Shown here one piece after another: positions 1 to 11,499 of a DNA stretch of 64,000 bases. The DNA is from Felis catus (Eukaryota), in contig NC_058369.1 of NCBI RefSeq assembly GCF_018350175.1, positions 21,578,001-21,642,000 of the forward strand. The letters are read 5' to 3'. Within the stretch, counting starts at the first letter, position 1, and each line of letters begins with the position of its first letter. Below the pieces are notes generated by a model that saw only the letters and a list, made by a program, of their open reading frames with translations, was not told the origin of the DNA and searched no databases. Position numbers and translations under genes: made by a program.

Positions 1-745
1 AAGCATTCATCTTTTGCTGAGGCAAAAGGACAGTTAAGTCAGATGTGCTGTGACTTAACAAAATGCAGTATTAGTACAGAGTAATACCTTTTTTCAGTGC
101 AAATACAGATTTTTTGTGTGTGTTTCTGTTTTTAAATTCTTTGGAGTGGGGTTAAAAGTAGTCAGATCACTTTCCTTATCAAATAGAAAAAAAAACATAC
201 TGAATATGGTCCCTATACTTTGAGGGCTTGGACATCAGTTGAGAAAAACCTAAAAGCACAAAAGAGGGCAAATGAGGACTACTAAATGTTCAGGAGAGAC
301 TGTACATACGACGGGAGTAAAGTACAAGGGAGGCTGTGGTTTAAAAGCCAGGTCCAGGATGAGAATGTAATTTTGAAAAACAGGGAAGATGGACACCATT
401 CCAGGCAAAGGGTAAGAGCAAAGGCACAGAGATGGGAAGTGCAATGTGTGTCTCACACACAGCAACTTGACCAGTTTGGTTTGGGTTGAGGACTTCAAGA
501 CAAGAAAGAGGGTAAGACTGGAAAGTTAGGTTGGACTCCAATCTGAAGGAAATGCGGGCACACTCAAGGTTTGTGAACAGGGCTAAATGACCTGAAAGTA
601 AGTGGTAGCATGCACCCAGAGAGACAGGCAGTGATGCTCAGGACAGAGAGGAAGAGCCTGGAAGCTGGTTCAGGGGGTGCTTCCTTAGTAATTCTAAAAA
701 GGCCAGAAATATGAGAAAAGGAAGTGACAAGAAAAAAATACCTCA

Positions 746-946
746 TTTTTTTTAATGTTTATTTATTTTTGAGAGAAAGAGACAGAGTATGAGCAAGGGT
801 GGGGCAGAGAGAGGGAGACACAGAATCTGAAGAAGGCTCCAGGATCTGAGCTGTCAGCACACAGCCCAATGCAGGGCTCGAACTAACCAACTAACAGCAA
901 GACCATGACCTGAGCTGAAGTCGGATGCTTACCCGACTGAGCCACC
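746..946 (-). mobile_element. Can-SINE
   Basis: Reverse-complement SINEC body, (AG)n and poly-T; TSD-like aaatac(c/t)tcatttt. Confidence 0.9.
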
Positions 947-1362
947 AGAAATACTTCATTTTCATAACACATCTACAATTCACAAAGGACTTTTGCTTAA
1001 ATGATCTCATTTTACCCTCAGAACAATTTGTAGTGGAGCTTGTGTCATTTCACATATAAGAATCACTGCTCGGGGCATTTCCTTTGGTGACTGTTTGTCA
1101 CTCCATGTTTCTGTGACTACTTATCTCTTAGCCACTGGACTGTAAGCTCGATGAGGGTACTGCAGGGACCGTGTAGATTTCTGTTTGCCCCGGTATGCCC
1201 GTAACCTTGCAAAGGGCCCCACTCGGTGCCTGCCTCCAGTAGATCTTCATTACATATGTGATAGATGAGGCAGCAAGTGAAGAGCATATTTCTTTTTCTA
1301 CTCTTGTTCCAACGGCATGAAAATGCTTTTTCAACCAAAAATGTTTTTTTATTTTGTTCTGC

Positions 1363-1581
1363 TTTTTTTTTTTTTTAATGTTTTATTTATTTTTGAGAGA
1401 GAGGGAGAGAGGGAGCATGAGAGGCAGAGGGGCAGAGAGAGAAGGAGACACAGAATCCAAAGCAGGCTCCAGGCTCTGAGCTGACAGCACAGAGCCCGAC
1501 GTGGGGCTCAAACTCACAAACCGTGAGTTCATGATCGGAGCCGAAGTCGATGCTTAACTGACTGAGCCACCCAGGTGCCCC
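1363..1581 (-). mobile_element. Can-SINE
   Basis: Full element with TSD tgttctgcttt. Confidence 0.95.
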
Positions 1582-2229
1582 TGTTCTGCTTTGTTTTAAA
1601 TGACTGTTCTGACAATAAAAAGGCTTTGACAATTACAATACTTTTTCCCTCAAGTACCTCTTACGATACCTCTTTTTCCCTTCAGAAGGGAAAAGAAAAA
1701 ACTGCACAAAAGTAAAGCAGGTTCTCCCACCTTCACAGAAGTTACCAGAAGGTCACTCTGAGTGATATATTACTAAGAATACAAAAAAGGTTAACATTTG
1801 GTATTTTTTCAAAAATTTTTATTTTCTTGCAGAATGGACTGGATACTAAGAAAAATAACTATGTGCATGAGCACTGACAGAGCTGAGGTGAGAAACCCTG
1901 GCCTAGAACACTTGTGGCAGAAAGCAAGAAAATGCTCCAGAGAATAATGGAAAGTGTGCTTGAGAGGGCTCCCACCGGCCAAATCTGGGATAATTTACAC
2001 ATCAATATAAGTAATGAGGATAGCAAGATTATACTTCACTGAAAAGAACAGAAAAAATGAGTCCATATTGATATAAATTTATGATAAATTAATTGAAAGA
2101 CTGATGAGGAATGGGATAGTTTCAAAATACCCACAAAATACTAATTATAAAAATACTAATTGCCAATAAGATATGAGACACAGCATCATTTCTGTGATAT
2201 TCCTGCCAAAAATTCATAACCTGAGTTTA

Positions 2230-2660
2230 TTTTTTTTAATGTTTATTTTATTTTATTTTTTTAAATTTTTTTTTTCAACATTTATTTTGGGGACAGAGAG
2301 AGACAGAGCATGAACGGGGGAGGGGCAGAGAGAGAGGGAGACACAGAATCGGAAACAGGCTCCAGGCTCTGAGCCATCAGCCCAGAGCCCGACGCGGGGC
2401 TCGAACTCACGGACTGCGAGATTGTGACCTGGCTGAAGTCGGACGCTTAACCGACTGTGCCACCCAGGCGCCCCGTGTTTATTTATTTTTGAGAGAGACT
2501 GCAAGCAGGGGAGGGGCAGAGAGAGAGAGGAAGACAGAGAATCCCAAGCAGGCTCCGTGCTGCCAGCATGGACATGGGGCTTGAACCCACAAACCATGAG
2601 ATCATGACCTGAGCTGAAACCAAGAGTTGGATGCTTAACCAACTGAGCCACCCAGGTGCT
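2230..2660 (-). mobile_element. Older Can-SINE interrupted by a young SINEC_Fc-like copy (2249-2474)
   Basis: Inner CpG-rich copy flanked by TSD tgtttattt (2240-2248 and 2476-2484) inside the tail of the outer copy. Confidence 0.9.
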
Positions 2661-2664
2661 TCTC

Positions 2665-2891
2665 TGTTTTTTTCGTTGTTGTTGTTGTTTATTTACCTTG
2701 AGAGAGACAGAGACAGTGTGAGCGGGGGAAGGGCAGAGACAGAGGGAGAGAGAGAGAAAATCCCAAGCAGGCTCTGCACTGCCCAACACAGGGCTTGAAT
2801 TCACGGAAACCATGACCAACCATGAAATCATGACCTATGCCTAAACCAACAAGAGACGGATGCTTAACTGACTGAGCCAACCAGGCACCCC
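2665..2891 (-). mobile_element. Can-SINE
   Basis: SINEC body ending ccaggcacccc. Confidence 0.9.
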
Positions 2892-3861
2892 ATATATGTA
2901 TATATGAAGATTATATTTATTACTTTCAGTTTGGAGAGATACTACTTATTTTTAAAATACTTAAAAATTTTTGAAACAGTAAAAAGCAGAGAAAAGTTTA
3001 TGTACAGTACAGAAATCTTCCCTACCTCTCCAACCTTCAGCAGTAGGTTGTAGGTTTGGCATATGTAGATAAATATATGTGGTTAAAAAAAAATACACAC
3101 ATGTATTCTCTCCAACAGAGGAAAGAATTCTTCCTACAAAGGATTCTCTTTGTATGAAGAGTACTCAGTGAGTCTCACATCTGATTACTAGGGAAGTAAT
3201 GTGAAATAGTGTTGCATAATAAAAAACAGGCTTTACACATAGTAATTCTGACTTCAAACTCTAGTTCATCACATACAAATTCATGACCTTGGAAGATTTT
3301 TCATTGTCTGGGTCTCAATGTTCCAGGCTATAAAGTGGGAATGCCACCTTTTTGTAGAGTGGCTCTGAGGAGGAAATGAGATGGCATGTTTGAGAGTGCC
3401 TTCCAGGTTAATAGCACTCAAAACTAGTTAGTTCTCTCCTGCTCCAAGCAATCGATTCACAGCTGTGTCTAACAGGTAAGTTGGCATCTTGGTAAACGTG
3501 AGAAGTATGCTTACTAACACCAAACAACTTTTCAGGCTAAAGGGATACAAGAGATCCCTTTGTTACAATACTCTTGCTTTAAAGATAGGAAATAAGACCC
3601 TGGACTCCTGCTATGCAGAGACGACCACCTCCCATCACAGAGAAACTAGCACTGGCTTGGAGCTCTGATCACTTGCACACGCTCTCATTTCATCTTCACA
3701 AAACTCAGACACAAGCATTATCATAATTGAACAGGTGAGGAAACCAAGGCTCAAGCAAGACTGAGAAACTTATTTAGAATCCTGACTCCAAAATTCATGA
3801 ATTTCCCACTATATGCCATCTCTGTTGTTTCCAAACATGACTAAGAAAGACATCACATGCA

Positions 3862-4091
3862 GGGATGCCTTGGTGGCTCAATCGGTTAAGCATCCGACTT
3901 CGGCTCAGGTCATGATCTCCCCGTTTGTGAGTTCGAGCCCCACGTCGGGTTCTGTGCTGACAGCTCAGAGCCTGGAGCCTGCTTCGGATTCTGTGTCTCC
4001 CTCTCTCTCTGCCCCTTCCCCACTAATGCTCTCTCTCTATGTCTCAGAAATAAACGTAAAAAAAAAAAAAAAAATTAAAAAAAAAAAAAAG
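3862..4091 (+). mobile_element. Can-SINE
   Basis: tRNA-like head, (CT)n, poly-A; near-perfect TSD aagaaagayaycacatg. Confidence 0.95.
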
Positions 4092-4133
4092 AGAAAGAAA
4101 GATACCACATGTATAGGTTTAAAAGCTTTTCTG

Positions 4134-4390
4134 GGGGCACCTAGGCAGCTCAGTTGGTTAAGTGTCTGACTCTTGATTTAAGCTCAGATCATGATCTCAT
4201 GGTTGTGAGGTCGAGCCTTGCATCTTGCTTCACACTGAGTGGGGGGCCTACTTGGTATTCATTCTCCCTCCCTCCCTTCCTCCCTCCCTCCCTCCCTTCC
4301 TCCCTCCCTCCCTCCCTCTCTCTCTCTCTCTCCCCCCCTCAGCCCCTCCCCCACGTATCCTCTCAATCTCTAAACAAACAAAAAACAAAT
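4134..4390 (+). mobile_element. Can-SINE with expanded CCCT tract
   Basis: TSD aaaagcttttctg. Confidence 0.9.
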
Positions 4391-4627
4391 AAAAGCTTTT
4401 CTGTGCCCTAGACACTCAAGCTATTAGTCCTTTACTCCCATGTTCCCAAAATGTTATCACTATAAAACAGAAATTACTTAACCCCTAAATCTATCAATAT
4501 TCTCAGCAATTTACAATATTCACTCTCTTATCCTAGACTTGTTTACTGAAAATCAGCAACAGTGCTGATAAATAAGGTAAATTTCTTAAAATGTCTTCCT
4601 ACCTTTGTATGTTCTCTTATTCCCACC

Positions 4628-4831
4628 TTTTTTTTTTTTTAAGTTTATTTATTTGTTTTGAAAGAGAGAAAGCAGTAAGAGGCACAGAGAGAGTGAGAGA
4701 AAGAATCCCAAGCAGGCTCTACACTGTCTGCATGGAGCCCGTCATGGGGCTCAAATTCACAAACCATGAGATCATGACCTGAGCCGAAATCAAGAGTCGG
4801 ATGCTTAACCAACTGAGCCACCCAGGTGCCT
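4628..4831 (-). mobile_element. Can-SINE
   Basis: TSD tattcccaccttttt. Confidence 0.9.
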
Positions 4832-4844
4832 CTATTCCCACCTT

Positions 4845-4954
4845 TTTAGAAGTTTATTTCTTTTAGTAAGCTCTACACCCAATGTGGGGTTCAAATTCAC
4901 AACCCAGAGATCAAGAGTCACATTTGTTCTCCGATGGAGCCACTCAGGCGTCCC
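4845..4954 (-). mobile_element. Short tRNA-derived Can-SINE
   Basis: Short-type SINEC lacking the CT tract. Confidence 0.75.
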
Positions 4955-4959
4955 TACAG

Positions 4960-5330
4960 CAAGGTTCTTAAGCTGGAGTCCTAGGGTCTACAAAGAGAAC
5001 TCAGAGGTCCAAGAATATGAACAAGAGGAAGTTGTGACACCTGTTTTCATTAACCTCCAACTAAAGTTAAGATTGCCCTCAGGGGCACCAAAGATTGCCT
5101 TCAAACATGAGTGTAGGCAACAAATCACAGCAACATTCACAAGAACTGTAACTCTGTCACCACTGAAAGAACAGATATTTTCATATCATGTTACAGGTGT
5201 TACAGATCTATGTAACTAACTGCCTTTGTGATCCTATATATTTCATTTGTTTAAAACCTGAGAACAGGTCTACACACTTCACTAGCTTACCAAAGGGGTT
5301 CATGAATATCAAAAAGCTTAAGAACCCTTG
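4960..5330. mobile_element. Non-autonomous hAT/Charlie-like DNA transposon (MER type)
   Basis: Terminal inverted repeats caaggttcttaagct (4960-4974) and agcttaagaacccttg (5315-5330) resemble hAT-Charlie termini. Confidence 0.65.
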
Positions 5331-5881
5331 GTTTTGAACAACAAAGTTGATAACTGATGAGAATTTGAGAGAATACAGGAAAAAAAGTTTGGTGCCGGAT
5401 AATATAATCCTCCATTCTGTGAGTAAGTTTGGCTTTTAAACACAACATGAGTTTCATTCAACAAGTATTTTCTGGTTTCTATACGGTGCTCTATTGTGTA
5501 GCCACTATAGACTTAAACATCATCCCTTTGCTTCAACTAGTGGAAGAGAAAAGAGAAGCAAGTAACAAGGTAGAATAACTTAAATACTAAAAGAGAAGGA
5601 CAATAGAAACCTTTGAGCTCAAACAATGGATTCTCTCATTGTGGTCAAGCAAACAAGCAGGGCACATCTGGGAAAGGGAGAAGAATCAGAAAACTATTCT
5701 AGCTCTCAGTTGCTCCTACAGCCTAGAGTGCAGGGGGAGAAGGCAAAGGGAGACAGATATCAAGAGGGAACAGCTAGGCAGTGAATGCACACTGCTTCCT
5801 GTCTGTCCAGCCAGGGGAAAACAGCTCATGGGTCCTGATTCAACCCTGTGTTGAGCTGGGCTGGTAGGCCCTTTCTATTCC

Positions 5882-6086
5882 TTTTTTTTTTTTTTTTTTT
5901 TTTTTTAGTGTTTATTTATTTTTGAGAGAGAGAGGGAGAGACAGAGTATGAGCAGAGGAGTGGCATAGAGAGAGGGAGACACAGAATCCAAAGCAGGCTC
6001 CAGGCTCTGAGCCATCAGCACAGAGCCCGATGTGGGGCTCGAACTCACAGACCGCGAGATCGTGACCTGAGCCACCCAGGCGCCCC
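5882..6086 (-). mobile_element. Can-SINE with 27-nt internal deletion
   Basis: TSD ggccctttctattcct; head shortened between two ctgagcc repeats. Confidence 0.9.
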
Positions 6087-6568
6087 TGGCCCTTTCTATT
6101 CCTAAGATGCTTTAGGGAAAGGAAATTATACAGGAATTTGCTTAATTTTCTTTACACAAAGTAAATAGGAAAAATACACATGGGGGCACATGGAGCCATG
6201 TTTCAAAGTAAGGTGACATTCCCTTAATTTGTCAAACAAAATATAGTATGTCTGCCTAATGACATTTTATTTATAGCATAGTATTTGTTTTACAGTAGCT
6301 GACTCTGAAAGTGGCAAAAGGGCCTCTGTCAATATATATAGAACCTAACTCATAAAACAAGATGTTTAAATACAGAATGTGCTCAAAGTTTCCCCTACTG
6401 AAATTTAATCCCATAATATTTTCTATATCCTATCAACAAAGGACACCAAGTAAAAGATAAAACTATCCTAGGCAAAGACCACTAACCTTATAACATCTAT
6501 TTCATATCTTTAGAACTGTCTCCCAGTATTTACCAACACAATTAGAAACCAACATGTTTACAAGGTTG

Positions 6569-6799
6569 TTTTTTTTTTTAATGTTTATCTATTTTTGAGA
6601 GAGAGAGAGAGAGAGAGAGAGCGCACAAGCAGGGGAGGGACAGAGAGAAAGAGAGGGAGACACAGAATCTGAAGCAGGCTCCAGGGTCTGAGCTGTCAGC
6701 ACACAGCCTGATGCAGGGCTCAAGCTGGTGAACCGCAAGATCATGACCTGAGCTGAGCCAAAGTCGGACGCTTAACCAAGTGAGCCACCCAGGTGCCCC
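6569..6799 (-). mobile_element. Can-SINE
   Basis: TSD tgtttacaa. Confidence 0.95.
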
Positions 6800-6839
6800 T
6801 GTTTACAATGTTTTCTTGACCATTCTCACAATTTACCTG

Positions 6840-7800
6840 TGACCACTACTGAGCATCTCCTTTGTTCCTGGCACTACCCCAGGGATAGCCAACCAAGTTA
6901 AGCTCAGTCTCGTCCTGCCCTAAAGGATTTTACAATTAGGGACAGAACCACTGGGAGAATCTTTGAAATGCAAGGCATTAGAAAAAGCTGAACAGAGAAA
7001 AGAGCATTAACTGTGAGCCAAGATAGCTGCAAACAGCTTATCAAAATCAAAGCATGAGCTTCACCTTGAAGGATGGAAAAAACCTTGGAAAGCCAGAGGA
7101 AAGGGTAGAAGACATTCCCAACAGAGCAAGCAGCATGCAAAAGCCAGAAAAGTAACATGAGGCTGGCATCAGCTGGCGGGGGTGGGAGGCGTGGGGTGGG
7201 GGGGTATATGCTTGCATGTAAGGTGGCGGGAGAAATCAGTCTCCTGGTATACAGAATAACAAGGCCACAAAGAAGAGTGTATGCAACATGCGAAAGCTGT
7301 ATACTCCAAAAAGGTACTAACGAGGAAGGACTTGAGGAATACCACATTTTAATCTGTCACCTGACGTACACACAGTTATAGGACACTTAGGACTAGAGGC
7401 AGACCAGCAGGAAGGTACTGACTAGCCCAGGAATGAGCTCTTGGCGCAGAGAAGCAGGCCTCAGAATGGCAAGGAAAAGACAGCCTGAGAGACATTTCAA
7501 AGTAGGAGATAAGAGAAAAATCAAAGAGGATTCCCAGTCGTATCACGGCAAAGGCCAAACAGCGAAGAAGAACTGAGATTTGGGAGTGGGGCATGGGCAA
7601 GGACTCTGGTGCGCCCCACTGGGACACTATCCAGATGAAGCATCCCAGAAGCAGTTGATGGCAGGAGACAGAGTGTGAGGCTGAGCTGCAGGTGGACGAG
7701 TCCATCGGCACAGCACAGGTGGCTGGATATCAAAATCTCCAGGAGTGACCACAGAATGAAGAAAAGGAGGTGAAATAAGGGCAGAGAGGAGTGAGAAATT
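6840..7800 (-). mobile_element. Degenerate LINE-2 fragments
   Basis: Purine-rich L2-like motifs such as cttgaaggatgg and cagcatgcaaaagcc; highly diverged. Confidence 0.45.
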
Positions 7801-8428
7801 AACACTTTGTCAGCCACTGCATGACTCACTTTGTATACACTACACAGAGAAACCAAGAGGTAAGAAGAAAACTTCTTGTCCCCAAGAGTGAGCCACTGAC
7901 AAAGCCAAGTAGAAGGAAGTTCGAGGGAGAACAAAGACTGAGGAAAGGGCGCTGGTCTTGCCAAAGTGAAGACCACTGGCAACCTCCCCTCCAGGAGGCT
8001 CTCCGAGGGCTGCCACAGGCAGGGGCTGTGACGCGGGTGGCTGAGGAGAGAGTGGGTAAATACAAAGTGAATTCAATGAAGGGCAGGTAAGTGTAAATTC
8101 AGATATCTGGGCAGCAAGTGAACAAGACTTAACTGCCACTGAAAAAGGACAGCATGCTGTGCAGTTCTCACAATGCTTTGTTTATCTTAGTGACCAGGAA
8201 AACACTGACCAATAAGTGCAAAGGTCAAGAGTTAGGGCCCACACTTCTTATTATTCGAGGTGCTCAAACTAAAGGAAAGTGATAAGCACATTTTCATTTT
8301 TGCAAGTTCAAGCCCATCACCGACAAATAGAGTTCAGCTATCAATATAATAAATTAACATATACTGATTAGAACATATTCCACCTGCTTTACTGTTGGAA
8401 AACTAACAGTCTCTCAAGATGGAGTGCT

Positions 8429-8643
8429 GGGGTGCCTGGGTGGGTCAATCGGTTAAGCGTCCACTTTGGTTCAAGTCATGATCTCACGGTTCATGAGTTC
8501 AAGTCCCACATCAGGCTCTGTGCTGGCAGCTCAGAGCCTGGAGTCTGCTTCTGATTCTGTGTCTCCCTCTCTCTCTGCCCCTCCCCCACTCACACTGTCT
8601 CTGTCTCTCAAAAATAAATAAGTGTGAAAAAAAAATTTTTTTA
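8429..8643 (+). mobile_element. Can-SINE
   Basis: Full element; TSD ggagtgct. Confidence 0.95.
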
Positions 8644-8774
8644 AATGGGAGTGCTAAAGAGACTGTTATGCTATTAAGAAATTAAATATTTTATACTAAC
8701 TTTCCCAAAACTGAAATCATGTTATTATAAACAAAACATCCAAAAGACTAATCAAAATCATCTAGAAACTTGCT

Positions 8775-8886
8775 GGGATGCCTGGCTGGGTCAGTCGGTG
8801 GAGCATGCAACTCTTGATCTCGGGATTGTAAATTTGAGCCTCATGTTGAGTATAGAGACTACTTAAAAATAAAATATTAAAAAAAA
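8775..8886 (+). mobile_element. Short Can-SINE
   Basis: TSD atctagaaacttgct. Confidence 0.9.
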
Positions 8887-9435
8887 ATCTAGAAACTTGC
8901 TCTAGGATTTGATTATAATGTTAGCAAAAACACCCACCGGTCGATGGAAAATCTTTCTCCATCTGCTCTCAGTACGGAGCCTTAAGTGGATATAGTCTGA
9001 CCCATTCACAAAAAGTGCTAAGTTATAACTCATGCGTTAGTGTGTACTCAAAATAATAAATTCATTTCTTCAATCCTTTACCTACAGAGTAAATCCTTCT
9101 AACAGAGGGAATCATAAGTAACAGTTAAACCAAGAATGGGCAGAATATAGCATCATGAGTACAACTCTCGATGACATTCGTGGCTGAGTTGTTCAGAGCC
9201 GACCAGAGGCAAGCATTCTGCTAAGTTCACCTTTCTATCCACCACTGTTTCAAAATTTCATAATACTGAACACAATGCAAGGACTATACCACCAGATAAA
9301 CAAATTCCAGATAACAGGTTCCTTGCAGATTCTGGAGTTAACTGAAACTGTAACAGACATTCACTATCCTTAATGAGTCATGAACTCAGGACGCAAACCT
9401 CACTGGTTACAAAACATGATCTGATACCATCTTAC

Positions 9436-9560
9436 CTTACGTAAAAGAAGAGATGTTTTCTTAAAGACGTGTTAACGATTTTCAACAAAAGAATGGGTAA
9501 AAAATGATGAACTGATGACCATTTCCCGCTGCCTTTTATCAGAAACATTTTTACAAATTT
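9436..9560 (-). other. Candidate internal 5' UTR exon (125 nt)
   Basis: Acceptor TATTTTTTTGCAACAG| (CAG = plus-strand ctg 9561-9563) and strong donor AAG|GTAAGA; non-repetitive, keeps 4 CpGs in AT-rich surroundings. Confidence 0.5.
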
Positions 9561-9582
9561 CTGTTGCAAAAAAATACATTTT

Positions 9583-9805
9583 GGGGCGCCTGGGTGGCTC
9601 AGTCAGTTAAGCATCCGACTTCAGCTCAGGTCACGATCTCACGGTCTGTGAGTTCGAGCCCCGTGTCGGGCTCTGGGCTGCTGGCTCAGAGCCTGGAGCC
9701 TGCTTCCAATTCTGTGTCTCCTTCTCTCTCTGCCCCTCCCCCATTCATGCTCTGTCTCTGTCTCAAAAATAAATAAAAACGTTAAAAAAAAATTAAAAAA
9801 AAAAA
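9583..9805 (+). mobile_element. Can-SINE (fairly young)
   Basis: Perfect 16-bp TSD caaaaaaatacatttt (9567-9582 and 9806-9821). Confidence 0.95.
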
Positions 9806-10263
9806 CAAAAAAATACATTTTATTTTAGAATATAATCATGACTTCTAAAAATCTTCTGTGAAGAATGAATGACTTGTACCTTGAAACAGAAGACTCTCAA
9901 ATTGACAAAAAAACAGCGTGACTCCTAAGAATGAACAGCGATTTAAAATTGCATCATTTTTGTCATATACTAGGAAATGCTCATAACTAAGTACAGGTAT
10001 ATTACTGTGTTTACTTTGGGTTTTTTTTTTTGTTTTTGTTTTTTTGCCAAAATGTTCTCATAATGTTGTTATTATTAGAATAATCAGTTAATTAGTATCT
10101 TTATTTCACAAAGGAACGTGGCTTATTTATGAAGGATCATTTTCTGTAAAAACTGTCTTGAGGTGAAGGAGGAAGACAGCTGAGCTGACACCTTATGACA
10201 CCTATCATAAGGCATTATGCTATATGATACCTCATCCATTCCACCACCTTTGCAATATTCCTA

Positions 10264-10517
10264 TTTTATTTTCTTAAAATTTTTTAATGTTTATTTATTT
10301 TTGAGGGAGGGAAGGGAGAGGGGTAGAGAGAGAGAGAGGGAGAGAAAACGAACGAGCGGGAGAGAGGCAGAGAGAGAGGGACACACAGAATCTGAAACAG
10401 GCTCCAGGCTCTGAGCTGTCAGCACAGAGCCCGACACGAGGCTCAAACTCATGGACAGCGAGATCATGACCTAAGCCGAAGTCGGATGCTTAACCGACTC
10501 AGCTAACCAGGCACCCC
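10264..10517 (-). mobile_element. Can-SINE inserted in a MIR remnant
   Basis: TSD-like aatattccyatttt; MIR core (aacttgcccaaggttacaca) follows at about 10520-10610. Confidence 0.9.
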
Positions 10518-11149
10518 TGAAATATTCCCATTTTAAAGGTAAGGAGTTGAGGCTTAAAGAAGTTTTTAACTTGCCCAAGGTTACACAACCAGTAAGTGAC
10601 AGCCAAAACCAAAACCTAAGTTTGTTCTCCACATACCAGGCTACAACTCAAAAATCATAACCTTTACACTTAAACTTTTTCCAAATGGATTTCCTCACCT
10701 TCTATCATTTCCTCTTAGATATTTTACCGCACATTCTAAAGCCCCAATTCAGGAAAGAATACAGACCACTTTGCAGAAAGTTTTTAGAACCACACTACCC
10801 AATGAATCATTTAACAATAAATAAAAAAAAATCCATCTAAGAGTTGTCACGGGCAACAGGTATTCCTTGGTAAAAAGTTCTGAAGAAAAACAGCACATCT
10901 AGTCCTACCTTGTAACTGTACAGCCATTTACAACATTCTTTATTTGCAAATCACAAAATCAGATGTCCTAGGCCTGACAGGGGTGTCCTAGGCTCTCTTG
11001 GGACTGGACTCTTGAGAGCAGACAGGCCTTCACTGAGTGTTGATGGAGTGAATAAATCAACAGACAAAGCTGGCATCAACTTCAATACAACAGAGAGAAA
11101 TCATGAAGTGGGAGGGCCCCCAAAACGAAAACGTAACACAACCTCATCT

Positions 11150-11262
11150 TGGGGGGCCTGGCTGGCTCACCTCATAGAGCGTGAGACTCCTGATTTTGGG
11201 GTGGGGAGTTCCAGCCCCACACTGGGTATGGAGTATACTTAAAAAAAAAAAATTTTTTTTTT
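11150..11262 (+). mobile_element. Short Can-SINE
   Basis: tRNA-like head and poly-A. Confidence 0.8.
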
Positions 11263-11499
11263 TTTTAAATAAAGCAACCTCACCTCAATAATCATTTAAA
11301 ATGCCAAAATCATCTTGGAGTCATATAAAAACCAAGAGACCTCCATCTACTCATTTTCTAGTCAATTGTTAACTACTGGCACGTCTAATGACTGTGTAAT
11401 GATATCTCACTGTGTTTTTTCTTCTTTGTGCGCAATCTGTTTTTTTTTCTTTGCATTTCACTGTGTTTTAATATCTATTCCCTCAATTAAAGCCACAAG

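Noticed and set aside
8775..8886. tRNA-like sequence with A and B boxes (also 11150, 23118, 30749, 44326)
   Set aside because: Poly-A tails, with a TSD in at least some copies, show these are short tRNA-derived SINEs, not tRNA genes
10191..10212. Inverted repeat ccttatga-caccta-tcataagg
   Set aside because: An 8-bp stem is expected by chance in 64 kb; no miRNA-length hairpin
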